A stretch of 63,927 bases of DNA, filler included, from Craspedostauros australis (lineage: Eukaryota), in NCBI GenBank assembly GCA_030167865.1. It is 9 parts of 9 records of this genome, joined end to end, with 100 filler letters (N's around TTAATTAATTAA, not from the genome) between each part and the next. Parts side by side here need not be neighbours in the genome. Positions count along the whole stretch, not along the records: positions 45,499 to 51,918 come from JALAGF010004543.1; positions 52,019 to 57,760 come from JALAGF010004544.1; positions 57,861 to 63,927 come from JALAGF010004548.1; 6 more parts are not named here. One strand, given 5' to 3'. How positions within the stretch are numbered: the first letter of the stretch is position 1; each line of letters opens with the position of its first letter. This document shows, one piece after another, positions 48,701 through 60,464 of the stretch. The notes beneath the pieces are model-generated. The model worked only from the letters and a program-made list of their open reading frames with translations, was not told the origin of the DNA and did not search any database. Made by a program: the position numbers and the translations under genes.

Positions 48701-49833
48701 TGCGTACGCACCACATCGACTGGAGTGCTCTTGCCTTCGGTGTTAAACACCCACGCGTATCTCGAGTATGCATCCACGATGAGTAGATATGCAGTACATC
48801 GGTCAAAGGATTCCACCACTGCCGGCATGTTCTTGACTTTGGCGTACTGAGACGAGCTCGCACGCATGTAGCCGAAGTCCATATGGAATCGGGAACCAAC
48901 TGCCAGAGCGGAAACGTCAGCAGTAGGACCTCTCGGTTGTCGCTGTGCACGGGCCTCCATGCACGTGGTGCACATGCGGACCGGATGTTGACCGGCTGCA
49001 ACCTTGGCGGGGATGCCCACAGAGTGTTGTGGAAGGTGCACCATCTGATGATGCCCAGGATGTCCGAGGCGCTGATGCCACAGCTCGTAGGTGAGGGCCT
49101 TGTTTCCAGTAGACGCCGTCACGCTGTGTACAGAGTACAGAGCCATGAAAAAGTAGAGGTCGTTGATCCTCACCATGGATGCGCGCTTGGAGAACTTGTT
49201 TGCGTTGCCATAGAACCTGACATGGGGGTCATGACGATCCCTGCACACCACATCGAAGGTGTCATACACCGCTGAGTGCTCACATATGAGCTGTGGAGAG
49301 AGAAGAGTGGCCGAGACGTGTTGGCAGAAGTACATCGGGATGGGAATGACATCGCCATCGTCGAGTCTGAATGGAAAGACACCACGGTGTGTGCACACCA
49401 TAGCACCTGACCTGACGTCGGCGCCGGATAGGTCGAGTGGAAGGTCGAGTGGAGTCACGTCCGCAAGGACGTGTTTGGCATTGGTGACTGAGATGTTGGC
49501 ACCCAAGTCGCACTGCTGGCGGGCAGCGCTGTTGAATCCGCCAACCGGTGTCACATGATGGAGCAGGGGAACGCTGTTTATGCGTTCATGACCACCGCTC
49601 GCCTCATGGGCAATGACACATGCGATTCTTGGCCCTTCAGGCACGAGCATGTGCCACTCAGTCGGCTGTGCGGGTGGCTTTGGAAGCACCTGCGAGGTCG
49701 ACTGAGTACCATGGGCCTGTGATGGCGCAGGCAGTATGCCAACGGAGTTGGCTGGCCCTGAATCTACCGCGCATTCATGTGTGATAAGCCGTTCACCAGC
49801 AGAAGGATGTGCTGGCCGGCTTAGGAAAAATCC
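45757..49833 (-). CDS. pol: Copia Pol: protease, integrase, PDZ-like insert, RT, RNase H
   Basis: CDLGANISV; WHQRLGH...CTTC; HMDF/RVDHG/KAER; KARAVCDG; RQVDDF; YADSDWA; SSTEAE; RHVEIRH. The frame is open upstream to the gag stop region. Confidence 0.92.
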   Translation of the reverse strand, partial: GFFLSRPAHPSAGERLITHECAVDSGPANSVGILPAPSQAHGTQSTSQVLPKPPAQPTEWHMLVPEGPRIACVIAHEASGGHERINSVPLLHHVTPVGGFNSAARQQCDLGANISVTNAKHVLADVTPLDLPLDLSGADVRSGAMVCTHRGVFPFRLDDGDVIPIPMYFCQHVSATLLSPQLICEHSAVYDTFDVVCRDRHDPHVRFYGNANKFSKRASMVRINDLYFFMALYSVHSVTASTGNKALTYELWHQRLGHPGHHQMVHLPQHSVGIPAKVAAGQHPVRMCTTCMEARAQRQPRGPTADVSALAVGSRFHMDFGYMRASSSQYAKVKNMPAVVESFDRCTAYLLIVDAYSRYAWVFNTEGKSTPVDVVRTHLQRFGRKDGYRAIRVDHGGELYTSRAFAEMIRDAGYVLEPTGAGVHHRNGKAERLNRVYAVMVRAMLYGAGLPPQYWSAALLHAAYLRNRMWHAAIGKTPYEALNSNIPDIAHLRVFGSRVTVRKPDKAIRKLDVHTYSGIFLGFMGDGVNIRYIDLDSGTVKVGGSVVFDEAHYMCTDRPPSAQLLFDLGAEQVEAPVKDAAAEPEVDGPPFAVQPTLDKLKVLPGIQGASFVPLPLRDGFHIAPAASAATVHAKPPMNDVMMLDMSGHPYDKSFDVDIPLFGNHPHAGIEWNSKNHRERLRLFDISSGQRARRVPQWKSRLRGAYLLAVNGLPVCDLPELEAVVRDARGLGETQATFTFAFDAIRNTLSARGLVQLYFDQWRDIRALCRAAKDDGGDDSSSRHRVALKLTRRALRGQDDWELWEQSEFQQLQQYDDQGMFGNPVAAQGGDQVFHWVWVYVLKQNPTETRRKARAVCDGSPRAGKAVVTGHTFTATPDATDFRLFVAISALENKKIYGADXXXXXXXXXXXXXXYFMHVDIPFANWWKSKGKPPIPKGHVIPICKNLQGHPEAPQQWARHIDAQLQRMGFKPTTHAPCLYRATYNGRDVLFLRQVDDFAIACDSADTFGAICDELDGFLFVPMKRFGLLQHFNGADIIQTSTHITMHNATYLGKVFRRHDWDDMHDTELPMAASNAHVKALDDAEALESGELRKIQAKFGSYRQAIGELIWPMVTCRPDITFPVVKLSQFSARPSALHFTAVKRIFRYLHGTMDRGVTYHRTRRVVDLPDLPLPAAVAVQDGVFHRHPDEDPSVLYGYADSDWATDTRHRRSVSSIVFKLAGATVAWKARVQPTVAMSSTEAELLCASDAGRMALCLRCTLEELGVPQVRATVLYEDNQGALMIANAGQPSRRTRHVEIRHFAVQQWVENELIAFMDIDTTVNAADMGTKQTAPPTFFRHWDNVSGALVPVWSAARLEA
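49788..49833 (-). promoter_or_regulatory. Predicted -1 ribosomal frameshift signal
   Basis: G GAT TTT heptamer, 6-nt spacer TCCTAA, then hairpin GCCG-G-CCAGCA-(8 nt)-TGCTGG-TGAA-CGGC; pol is in the -1 frame. Confidence 0.7.
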
Positions 49834-51918
49834 TGCCCGAACTGGAGCACGGACATGAGAAGGTCGTCGTCGTCGACATCGGACCCATCATCATCATTCG
49901 CCCTGGTTTGAAGCACCCTTGCAACGGCCTTGCGCCCATCGGGCGTGGCCATCTTCATGAGGGTGTTGCCCAGCTTCTCGGCCAGCTTCATGTTCTTCTC
50001 GCGGAAGCTGGCAAGATTTTGGTGGCGAGCAAGGAACACGCAACTGGTGCTCTCGTGCCCTCCACGGCCGCAAGCGGCGCAGATGGCGCCCTTGACTGGC
50101 TTGCGGAAGTCGTCGCGGCGAGTGCGGAAGTCTTGATTGACCCCATCATCACCGTCGTCGCTCGCACGATCGCGATTCCCGCGACCGCGGCTCTGGCCAT
50201 GTGGACCGCCTTGGCGTCGCTGGGACCGAGTTACGGCATGTGCGGTCTTGGTGTCGCCCGCACTGTCAGCGAGCTTGACAGCCAGTTCCCCAACGTGTAG
50301 GGTATGAGGAAAGCTGGAGTCATCTTCGCGTGCGAGAACCAGCTCCTTGTACTGATTGACGTTGTGTCCGGCACTCTGCATCTCATCCAAAAAATGAATG
50401 GATGCTCGACGCGGACTGAACTGATGCAGGGACCCATGTTGGTCGACGAAAGTCATGAGGGACGTCGCGAAAGAGATGACGCCTTGCTTCCCATCAAACC
50501 TTGGTGGCATGGGAATGCCTGCAGCCGCCGGCGCTGTTACCGTGCACTGTAGGACGCGATGCAGAAAGTGAAATGCGTTGAGCATTTCAAAGCTTCGCGT
50601 CTGCAGGAAGCGCTGGTAGTGGATGGCAAGCTTCGTGTCAGGCTTGACCTCGAGCACCCCTGGCGACAGCAGCTTCATGGCGTGCGCCGCGTTGATAGCA
50701 GCGACCGTGCTGCTGGTGAGGAAGGATGGAAACACGACGCAGTCGACCCTGTAGAAGGAAAGGGGAATGATGTACACGCCGTACTGCTCCGCCACCATCT
50801 GGTAGTGCTCATACCATGTACGGACATGGTGAGGTTCTAGACTGCTGAGAGGAGTGACATGGGCATCAAGGAAGCCTCGCTTGTCAACTTGAATGCGCGA
50901 GTTGGCTTGATATTGCCACGTGGGATGTTTCTTGAGGTCGACACCATAAGGCGCGGAATCGTGGTACCTGGCGCGGTGCGCCGAGTCTTCACGCATGATG
51001 TCGTCGAAGAAGTCGTACCCACTGGAGCCGTCCACGTGAGTGCGCGCGTCGGCAGCAGCACCACGTTGGTTGGCACCGGTAGGAGCCCCGCGATTGCCAT
51101 GGCGAGGCGTGCGGAAGTCGGGCGTGGGAATGCCACGCTCGAACATGTCCACGAGTTCGGGGTCGTCGACCACGGATCGGTCGAATGCAACGCCATCGTC
51201 ATCGCGCTCGCGAGTGACGGCGTCGTTCGCAGGTGCGTCGGCATGCGTTGCAGTCCTGGACCGACTACCGCGGGCGTCAAGTCTTGGAGTAGAGTCCCGT
51301 CGTGGTGTGAGCACCACTGTAGGGTGCGTCGCGACAGGCGGACCGGCCGCAGGGCGAGCCGAAGGCGCCCCCAACGATGGAATGTTCACGGACGTATCGG
51401 AGGCGATGGGATCACCACCCCGATAGAGAGCTGCGGAGAAGCTCGACCACTGGAAGCCATCCGGCAACGTGGATTGTTGGTACCACTCGCGCAGTGTCTT
51501 GAGCTCGTTGAGGTCAGGCTTGCTGATGGACCCGTACAGATTGACCTGCGCGGCAGCGCGCTGGTCACTGGAGATGCGAAGAAGATTGTGGAACCGCCCC
51601 CACACTGAAGGTTCGTCGAGGCAGTTGGTGAAGTACTTGGCCACCGTGGCGGCACCGGCTGGAGAAAGGTAAGCCACGCGAAGAATGGGTTGCACGAGTG
51701 TGCCAGGATCGAAGCTTGCTGGCAGCGCACCGTCGTCGAGCGCCGCAGTGTTGTCGTTGGCATCGCCGGTGACACCTCCGCCGCGAACGTTGGTACTGCC
51801 CCCGTCGCCACGAGAGTCACCCACGCCGTCGCCGGGCACAGCATTGTCAGCACCAGTGCCAAGCGCGTCATCGCCAGTAAGGCTGGATTGGTGGGTGGTG
51901 GTGGAGTCGGTTGTGTTG
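49821..51918 (-). CDS. gag: Copia Gag (5'-partial)
   Basis: Long ORF directly upstream of pol with zinc knuckle CAACGRGGHESTSC (C-x2-C-x4-H-x4-C). Confidence 0.85.
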
Positions 51919-54077
51919 NNNNNNNNNNNNNNNNNNNNNNNNNNNNNNNNNNNNNNNNNNNNTTAATTAATTAANNNNNNNNNNNNNNNNNNNNNNNNNN
52001 NNNNNNNNNNNNNNNNNNCAAGAGCAGAGCATGTTTGCGATTGCTGCGGCGCGGCAATCAGTGGGGATGTCGATGGCATCAAGAGGCGTGGAAACATTAA
52101 CTCTAGTGTCTCATGGCTTGAAGGGAGGCCATTTTTGGTGACCATTGGTAACATTTGGTATTATATTTAGTTGTATGAGTCATTTTCTCTGTAGACGCTG
52201 TTCCATTTTGTACGTCAGTCCCGCGTGTAGCAGCCCAAAACCATCTTTTCTGCCACGAACCTCCTCGGCAAGTCCATTCCGCTCCGTCCGTTTGAGCTCT
52301 CCTTTCGTGATCACTCTCAAGTGTGGCTTTTCATCACCCTCTCTAACTTTGGTGGTGATTGGTTGGGTGGTTGTCGAGATCTGCTCGTTTCTCTGGGGCC
52401 ACCACTCGATATTGTCATTCACGAATGCCAATCACCGCGCTGTATCGTGGCGAATTTCTGTGTGCCCCACCGCGTGTTAACACGCGGTGGAAATGATCAC
52501 AAAACATTGTGGTGCCAACCGATGTGTTCCTCGCATGCTATGATCAGTTCTTTATATCCTGATGTCATCTATTGTGGCTTCGTTCATCGTATAGCATTGT
52601 AGTTGATGATATGGTTTATAAGTTCTGCAATAGTGTTTCAGTTCTACTCCAGAAGACCGTATACCAGCAACTGTCTTGGAAACAGCAACTTGGATTCATG
52701 TATATCGTTGCGTCCATCCTGTTTGGAGGAGCAATGATCCCTTGGGGAGCATTGGCACACAAGAGCAGTCCAGAATGTATCGCATGCGAAATGTAGAGGC
52801 AAGTGTTCTATTATTGGCCGTAGCGGCGCTGAAGATCAGGAGAGAACATCAGGCTTCCTCCACAGAACGGTTCGAACATGGTTTGATGGAGCACGAACAG
52901 CGACTGTGTCAACAACCCCACCCATCGCATGAGCGAGAGATAAGTGACTACTCTTTGCGAGGATGTAGCAACCGGCGTCAACGAATACAGTTGTGGTGCG
53001 TGATCAGGAAGCGGTGTTTCCTCGCAAGCATAGCACACGGTAAAGCGACGAAAAGAGCTTGCAGTTGGTATATCTCTGGAGGAAGTGAGATTCGAAGACT
53101 AGGACTACATGGTCAGGTGCAGGGGAGGATACTGTGTCGATTGAAAGCAACAGCACGATGATCCAACGTCAGGCCGATGCACAACCTCGCATAAAGTAGC
53201 CAGACTCAGGTGAAGAGTACAGTCAGAATCTACAACACGCAAAACCACACGATAATTTTTGGCGCGAACTCTTGTTTGTTGACGAATTGATGATCATGGC
53301 TGTCATGAGCATTAGTGACTGACTTCAAACACCCACAGCAACACACACAAACATTCTGGAGTACTGACCAGCACACCACCTGAAGCAGAATGAAGCGACG
53401 AACGCAACCATGCCATCCACTTGAGCAATAGACGCAACAGAATTGGATGCGGATCTTTGGGAGGTTGTTGGTAGAGATTGGACGAAAAAGCAACCAATTT
53501 CTGTACCAGAATGCCGTAGACTCTACGCGGCTACCAATGGTTACCAAAGAAAAAATCCCGGATTCGTGTCCGTACGTCGTCCGTATGAAAAGGCCGATAA
53601 AGGGTAAAAAGAGGCATCAAGATGAACATGAAGCGGAGACCGTTTCCCTACAATGAGCACATCCATAGAGAGCTCTCGCTCTCTTCTTTCTAATGATGTG
53701 AAGATGTCAGACAACGGCCATCAACTCATTGAATGGCAGCTTGTGCCGTCGGCGATAGGCCAATGGTCTCCAATAAACACCAACAAGCGCCAAAAAACGG
53801 AAATTAGCCAGCCACGTCAAAACGTCAACCAATCGAGATTGGGCTCGGTACCTCAGGCAAACCCTGCACACTCCACATGGTGGTTCTCGTCCTCTGACCC
53901 TCGCTCACTCACATTCATTGCTGCCTTGCCTTCCTTCTCTCTTGGCATGATTCTCTCATTTTCGGAATAAGTTGGGACGGAAGGATCCACTTCAAGAGCA
54001 GCTCGTGCGTATTCATGAGTCTTCATACTTTGTCCTCTACTTCGCCCTCTACTTCACATTCCAATAGACAGACACAA

Positions 54078-54150
54078 ACACACTCTATCGCACACACTCT
54101 ATCGCACACACTGTATCGCACACACTGTATCGCACACACTGTATCGCACA
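54078..54150. repeat. 14-bp minisatellite, about 5 units
   Basis: CACACACT(C/G)TATCG repeated head to tail. Confidence 0.9.
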
Positions 54151-54563
54151 AATAGTTGAAGGTCAACAACGAAAGGATGCATGTAAAACTAGTGTCGCAT
54201 ACTCTGGTGTAGCCAAGTAATTAGTGTTGTTATGGTATGTATGTACGTGTGGTACGTTTGCGAGGTGCTTGCTATGCTCTGGTCGAAGAATAGAGACCTT
54301 CCGAGGCAGGTGGTGGTGGTGGTGATGGTGATAGACACGTACGTAGCACCTCCATGTGCCATCCGTACCATCCACTCGTTTCGGTTATCAATCCATTCAT
54401 CAATAGCGAGTGTGCGATGAGAATGATTGGGGAGACCATCAAGCTCAAGCAGGGTGATCAACCATCAGAGCACTATCCTCTCAATGACTGAGCATTCGAG
54501 ATGGTGCTCTTTTTGAGCCGTTGCTGGGCGTCTCTTCCTGCACACGCCTTCACTGTGAACACC

Positions 54564-55763
54564 TCAAGAGCATGCATCTGGGTTTGGCCCTGGGCAGCCA
54601 AAACTTGGATAACGGATGGTATAGGTAGAGTTGGGGGATCCGGAACACATATTCGTGTTGACACAGTCTTGGCATTTGTTGTTCCCAAAGCAACTAATTC
54701 GAGCAATGACAAGGTCATGAATGGCATCGTCACTGTTAGCGACACCATTGCAGCTATTGTCCCCCGTGCACGCATTGTTCCCAATAAAAAGGCTTCCAAG
54801 ATGCTTGGAATCACCTCTGTGGGCATTCTTGCATGCATTTTCTCCTCTACATGCGAAGTCTTCGATGATGATGTCGGCGATGACGGGCGGGGACTCGTCC
54901 TCTTCCTGGTTGGAACGGCGTCCGAGATTCATGCAGCTGCGCAACCCAAAGCATGCATGGGATTTAACTCGGATAGAACCGTAGATGTTCCTTCCAAGAT
55001 TCTGGCAGCTGGAAGTATCGGTGCATGCCCATAGTTCAATAATCTTGCTACCGATGACAGCGTTACCATCCGGGTGACGTGGGCGGAACTGTCCAAAGTT
55101 TCTGCAGGAGTTCTCCCCAGTGCAGCTCTCGAAGATCATGACGTTGGGAGCGACGTTGGTGCAAGAGCCAACTGATGTGCAGGAATATGGGGTGATGGTG
55201 AACGATCCACCGTTGGATAAGCAACCTTTGGGTGGACAGCATGAGTATCCTTCGGCACTGCATGCTGCGGTGAGTGCGTCGCCCCGTCCGGTCATGATGA
55301 TCCCGCTGCCTCGGACAGCATTCAAGATGAGGGCAATGGCGTCGTCATCATTCTTCACACGGTCGAAGCGTGTCTGAGAGATGCCTTGCGTGTTTGCCCG
55401 GTTTTGTCCGTTGCATGCGAAGATGCTCTTGACAAGCCTGCCCTTTTTGCCTGGGAGTCTCTTGATGGCCCTCACAAAGTTGGCGCATGTACCATCGACC
55501 TCGTCGCAAACAACTCTGGACGGACGCCTTCTTTTGTGGAAGGTGCTGTCGACATCCCCTGGCGTTTCGAGGCAACCGACGAGCATGGAAGGTAGAACAG
55601 GGGTCTCAGTCGGCTCCTCTGATGGCATCGACGACGGCGGTACATCTTCATTCAACGATCTTTGCGGAGCGAACACCGAATCTTCAGCTGGATCCAAAGC
55701 CAGCGTCATTGCCATGCTGGCAAAGACGAGAGCGCCGATAATAGATGCCTTGATCTTGAACAT
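54564..55763 (-). CDS. Secreted Cys-rich protein, single-module paralog of 37791..40571
   Basis: Signal peptide, RSL motif, PSxxP linker; shares VGCL.TPG, CD...GTCA.FV, VKSIF.CNG, RFD..KN and LGRNIYG.IR with the second module of the larger protein. Confidence 0.85.
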   Translation of the reverse strand: MFKIKASIIGALVFASMAMTLALDPAEDSVFAPQRSLNEDVPPSSMPSEEPTETPVLPSMLVGCLETPGDVDSTFHKRRRPSRVVCDEVDGTCANFVRAIKRLPGKKGRLVKSIFACNGQNRANTQGISQTRFDRVKNDDDAIALILNAVRGSGIIMTGRGDALTAACSAEGYSCCPPKGCLSNGGSFTITPYSCTSVGSCTNVAPNVMIFESCTGENSCRNFGQFRPRHPDGNAVIGSKIIELWACTDTSSCQNLGRNIYGSIRVKSHACFGLRSCMNLGRRSNQEEDESPPVIADIIIEDFACRGENACKNAHRGDSKHLGSLFIGNNACTGDNSCNGVANSDDAIHDLVIARISCFGNNKCQDCVNTNMCSGSPNSTYTIRYPSFGCPGPNPDACS

Positions 55764-56446
55764 GGTTGCTATCGGTTGGTTGGTTTGTCAGTGTACGTCG
55801 TTGTCTGCATGGAACGAAACAGTGCGCACGCAGATGCAGATCCAGATGCAGATCCAGATGGGTCGCAGACGTGTTGTACCATGCGAAGAATAGGTGGAAA
55901 CAAACCACGACATTGGCCGCAGCCAGATCAGACAGGAGTCAAGATGCAATCCATCCAGCGATTTGTTTGTTGAGAGAAGCGTCGTGGTTGTGGATGGGCG
56001 AACAAGTGGGCGATGTGATGAGCGTGTGATGAGCGAGGATGTGATATGAGGGAGAACGAGAACGAAGTCTGATCTTGCTGGGAGTGGGGGTATAGAGGAG
56101 TGGCATGGCATCCCCTTGCCACATTGTGACATCGGTGGACCGCCATGAGAACAGTTCGCAGGTAGAGCAGAGGACGATTCCGAGAGTGTGTAGATGACTG
56201 GCAAGCTGGACCTGGAAGCGTCTGTTCACGCCAGTCACAATGGCGCGTGGGCACCTGCTGCGTCATGCCATGGTGTTGTCATGGTCACGGCCATGATGCA
56301 CACAAATGAACGTACCGTTTGCTTCGTTCTGTTTCGGTTTTCGATCAGTTGGTGTGTTTCGGGATGGCTGTGGTTTTGTTTTCCTTGCGCTTGTCTCGCT
56401 TGCAGTTAGGTGTTGTGCACTACTTTTATAGAATATAAGTTATCGC

Positions 56447-56584
<138 letters not shown>

Positions 56585-57254
56585 GAGACAGTTGTTTTTA
56601 TGAGATGTGAAAAGGGATCCAAGATGGTTCGAAGTGAGTATGGGTACTTTCATGTGGAGAAGCATGGTACAGTGCACAGGAAGAGGATGATGGCTCTGCA
56701 CAACACGTCCATGATAGGTGACATGCCTCACGTCCATGTTGGTTGCTGAGAGGTAGCAATCTTCGTTGGTTCTTGAGGGTTCCGCAAGGTGAATGTGTGT
56801 TCAATTACGTGTTGTGTGACTGCAAAGAACAAAAACAGGAACAACCGCAATAAATCTCACTGTTTTCTTCTCGATGAGAAACACGGAAAACTGCATGGGA
56901 TCGTTGGGGTGACCCGACAGAACGTGAACTTGGCATTCTGCTCCATACACAGTTTGGCCGCCAAGACTGCACATAACACGAAAGGAGGAGAAGGGACACG
57001 GATAAACATTTTGAGCACGATCAAAAAGACCTATCACATTAAATAAACAACAAATGAAGAGACATCTGACATTTCATTGGTTATCACATCTGTATTGATA
57101 AACTATTGCTATCATGTGAAATTGTCTGGAATGTCGTGGAGTATATCTGTTGCGTTTCATGGCATTCTAAAGGGAGCAATTGACGACCACATCGACAATT
57201 ATGCATGATCGAAGCATAACATCATGATGCAATTGTACGTATAATTGGTATCGG

Positions 57255-57659
57255 TTGAAACGAATCCGGACTTCTGCCGAGTGTCCCAAAGACTCATGCG
57301 TGTCGTACCCCAAGTTCTGTGCGCCCCTCTATTCCGAATACCTCAAGCCCAACGGCGGGTACGGAGGACTGATGTCCATCCACCTCAACTCGCACATGTG
57401 CCAGCGGACGTTCTACGATGTGCTCGACGTCGCGAAGGGTCCGTCGTTGGGGACCAATTTCACGCTGGTGTGTCCCTACACGCTGCTGGCGCATTATCAT
57501 GAGTTGGATTTTGCCATGAGCTACGACGTCTCGCCCAACCTCATCCGCATCGCTGTGGGATTGGAGGACTTTGATACGCTGCGCGATAAGTTCAACGAAG
57601 CCTTGAAGACGTGCGAGTTGTATCCCAAGCTGTCGTCCAGCAGTGGTTACGGCAAATGA
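57255..57659 (+). pseudogene. C-terminal part of a cystathionine gamma-synthase (fungal Str2-type, Cys/Met metabolism PLP family)
   Basis: YPK...GGYGGL...FYD.L...KGPSLGTNFTL.CPY.LLAHY.EL...LIRIAVGLED; no upstream coding part is visible. Confidence 0.7.
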
Positions 57660-58502
57660 ACTGGACTGGGACGTTGGTGAAAGGGAAGCAATCGCATGCA
57701 CTTGCACGCTTGTGTTTCTCCGCACAACTGCATTGTATTATGATGTGGTTTCATATTACGNNNNNNNNNNNNNNNNNNNNNNNNNNNNNNNNNNNNNNNN
57801 NNNNTTAATTAATTAANNNNNNNNNNNNNNNNNNNNNNNNNNNNNNNNNNNNNNNNNNNNAACCATGGGCGCCAATTCTGCAACGGACAATGACATGTCG
57901 TGTTGGACTAGCTTCCCACTTTTTCAAACACTGATTGTCGAACGAGAACCCCAATCTTTCCCGAAATCCACACTCAAAAGTATCAAAACAGTGACGTCTG
58001 TACGTCGCCTCCAAATTAGTTGTAGCCTTTCCTCAAAACTAAAATTAAAATAACTTCTGAACTAAAGGAGATAGGGGGGGGTCTTGAGGGTTGTGTAGGG
58101 TCCTCACATATAGGGCTATCGATGTGTGAAGTTTAAGAGGCAGCAATTTGGAATCATCGGGGAATATCCATCGATCCTGTTGAACCCGGGTCTTACAAGA
58201 AAGAAGAAAGGAACGAAGAAGATGGATGCAGAAAGAACGATGACACGAGACAAAAACATGGATGGGAAACATCATGGCGATCACACACACAGACACGACA
58301 AAGAACAAGATCTTTGGGTCTCCGCGGATCGTGCGAAAGAAGAAACGCAACGACCGCGAAGAGGAGTTGAGATACCAACGCCAATCATAAAACAGAAGCA
58401 AACCTTGCGGAGACACCAACACCAAGAGAGAATAGGACAGGATTACCAACAAGACGCCACTCATACCCTACTTAGAACAACGTTAGACAGAAGCCACCCA
58501 CC

Positions 58503-60464
58503 ATGATCTTCAAGATGACCGCCTCCGTTCTTGCATCTGCGGTGCTCCTTGCCACAGCTTCCGTATCCACCGTCGCGGGTGAACGGTTCAATGAGATCAG
58601 GGTGAGTGAAGTCGTGTGGGTGCTGGCAACCGCTGCAATGACTGGGAGGGCAGGGGGGCGGTGTTGAGTCTATTCTACTTTCCATGAGCACACACACGCC
58701 ACTGCGCCATTGATGTGCCTCGTGCATGATGGCGAAGCAGCATCGTCTTGCTCTGCGTACGTGTCTCTCTTCGTACGTATCTGTCCTCATATCTCTCACC
58801 CACCATCATGACTGCGGTTGTCGGCGCCACTTTCGCTGCCTCCCACCCTTCCAATACGACTACGACTACTTGGCATAACATCACCATCGCCGCCTCGACC
58901 ACTTCTACCATCCGATGACGGACGCAAAACACTTATAGATCCCGGACCATGCCGTCCACAGCAAGATCAAGTCCGCGTTGCCGCACACGTACGTTGAGAA
59001 GAATGATCTGCCAGATTCCTTCAGCTGGTCCGACGTCGATGGCGTCTCGTACTTGACAAAGAGCCTCAACCAGCACATTCCACAGGTAGGTTCGTTTACT
59101 TCGTCCTTGCTGTTGTTGCATCATGGATCGATGGGTGTGCCGCCACATTCATCACTGTGCCGCACTTTGCACTCCATGTAATGCTGGCACACATCCACAC
59201 ACCTTTCATACCAATCGCAGCTGCATGACAGTGGCGATTGCAGATCATTGCCGCATCCCATGCCTAAAATTTTGCTGTTCCTCTGATTATGCTCTCAAAA
59301 TGCCATTCCATGATTCCGGCTCCTCTCCTCGTGCTCTCTGCTTCGAAACTGCAACCTGCAGTACTGTGGAAGCTGCTGGGCGCACGGAGCGCTGAGTTCT
59401 TTGGCGGACCGTATCAAGATCGCGCGCAAGGGACAGGGCGACGACATCAATCTCTCCATCCAGTTCATTCTCAACTGCGGTACTGAAGCGGCCGGTTCTT
59501 GCCACGGCGGATACCATACAAGCACCTACCAGTTCATCATGGACACTGGATACGTACCATACGATACATGCCTGCCATACATCGCCTGTTCAGACGAATC
59601 CACAGACGGCATTTGCCCAAATGTCGACACCACCTGCTCTGCCATCAATACATGCAAGACCTGCAATACCTTCTCTGGAATGGGAGGAGCTTGCACAGAG
59701 ATCGACGTCTTCCCAAATGCCACAGTCCAGGAATACGGGCTCATCGACTACGACGATGACAACAAGGACAAGGTGGTCCACGAGATCATGTCGGAGATTT
59801 ATGTGCGCGGACGTAAGTGGAACAAACGCTTTGCCAACAGGTTGCCTTGCAGAGAACATTCGATCTAGATCAGAACTCTGTGATGGTCTGTGATCTCGTT
59901 GACATCTACTTTGCTGCAATACTCTTGAAGTCGCAAACCCGCCTCACCGAAAACCACCCGATACACGTACGGCCATGTACCTTCCATCCTTGCCGTTGCG
60001 CCTTTGCATCAACACCGCTACTTGCATCTTTCATCCTCCTCTACGCAGCTGTTGCCGCCACCATCAACGCCGAGCCAATCGTGAAGTACACCGGCGGCGT
60101 CTTCACCGATGACAGTTTCGATCAGGACACCAACCACATCGTTTCCATCGTTGGCTGGGCCAGAGACCAAGACAGCGGCATCCAGTACTGGATCGTTCGC
60201 AACTCCTGGGGACAGTACTGGGGCGAGATGGGATACATGCGACTGGAGGTCGGAAAGAATTTGCTGGGAATCGAGGGCGAAGTGGCCTGGGCAACTCCAG
60301 GAGCTTTCACTGTCTCCAACTACCCATGCTATGAAAATGGATCCAACTGCGTGTTCCAGCAAAAATACGCCGATCCATCGAAGGATATTGACTCCGTCCA
60401 GCTGCGTCTGAACAAGCACAAGAAGGAAGCCCTGGCCAAGAACATCCGCGGCAAGAACGAGTAA
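58503..60464 (+). CDS. Cathepsin X/Z-like papain-family (C1A) cysteine peptidase, 4 exons (58503-58601, 58939-59085, 59362-59812, 60049-60464), 370 aa
   Basis: GT-AG introns keep the frame; signal peptide; NQHIPQYCGSCW cathepsin X signature; NHIVSIVGW (catalytic His); RNSWG (Asn). Confidence 0.92.

Larger units (their letters stand above)
45498..51918 (-). mobile_element. Ty1/copia LTR retrotransposon (CoDi-like)
   Basis: gag, then PR-IN-RT-RH order, PPT and LTR start. The 5' LTR and PBS are lost in the gap. Confidence 0.93.

Noticed and set aside
52020..53240. Possible decayed Mutator/SWIM remnant on the minus strand
   Set aside because: Only scattered Cys/His patterns across broken frames; cannot be supported without a search.
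54078..54150. CRISPR-like array
   Set aside because: 14-bp units with no spacers, no cas genes, eukaryotic context.
57861..58196. Possible MITE or Harbinger end (…CCCGGGTC|TTA)
   Set aside because: Single copy in the window; no partner terminus or TSD visible.
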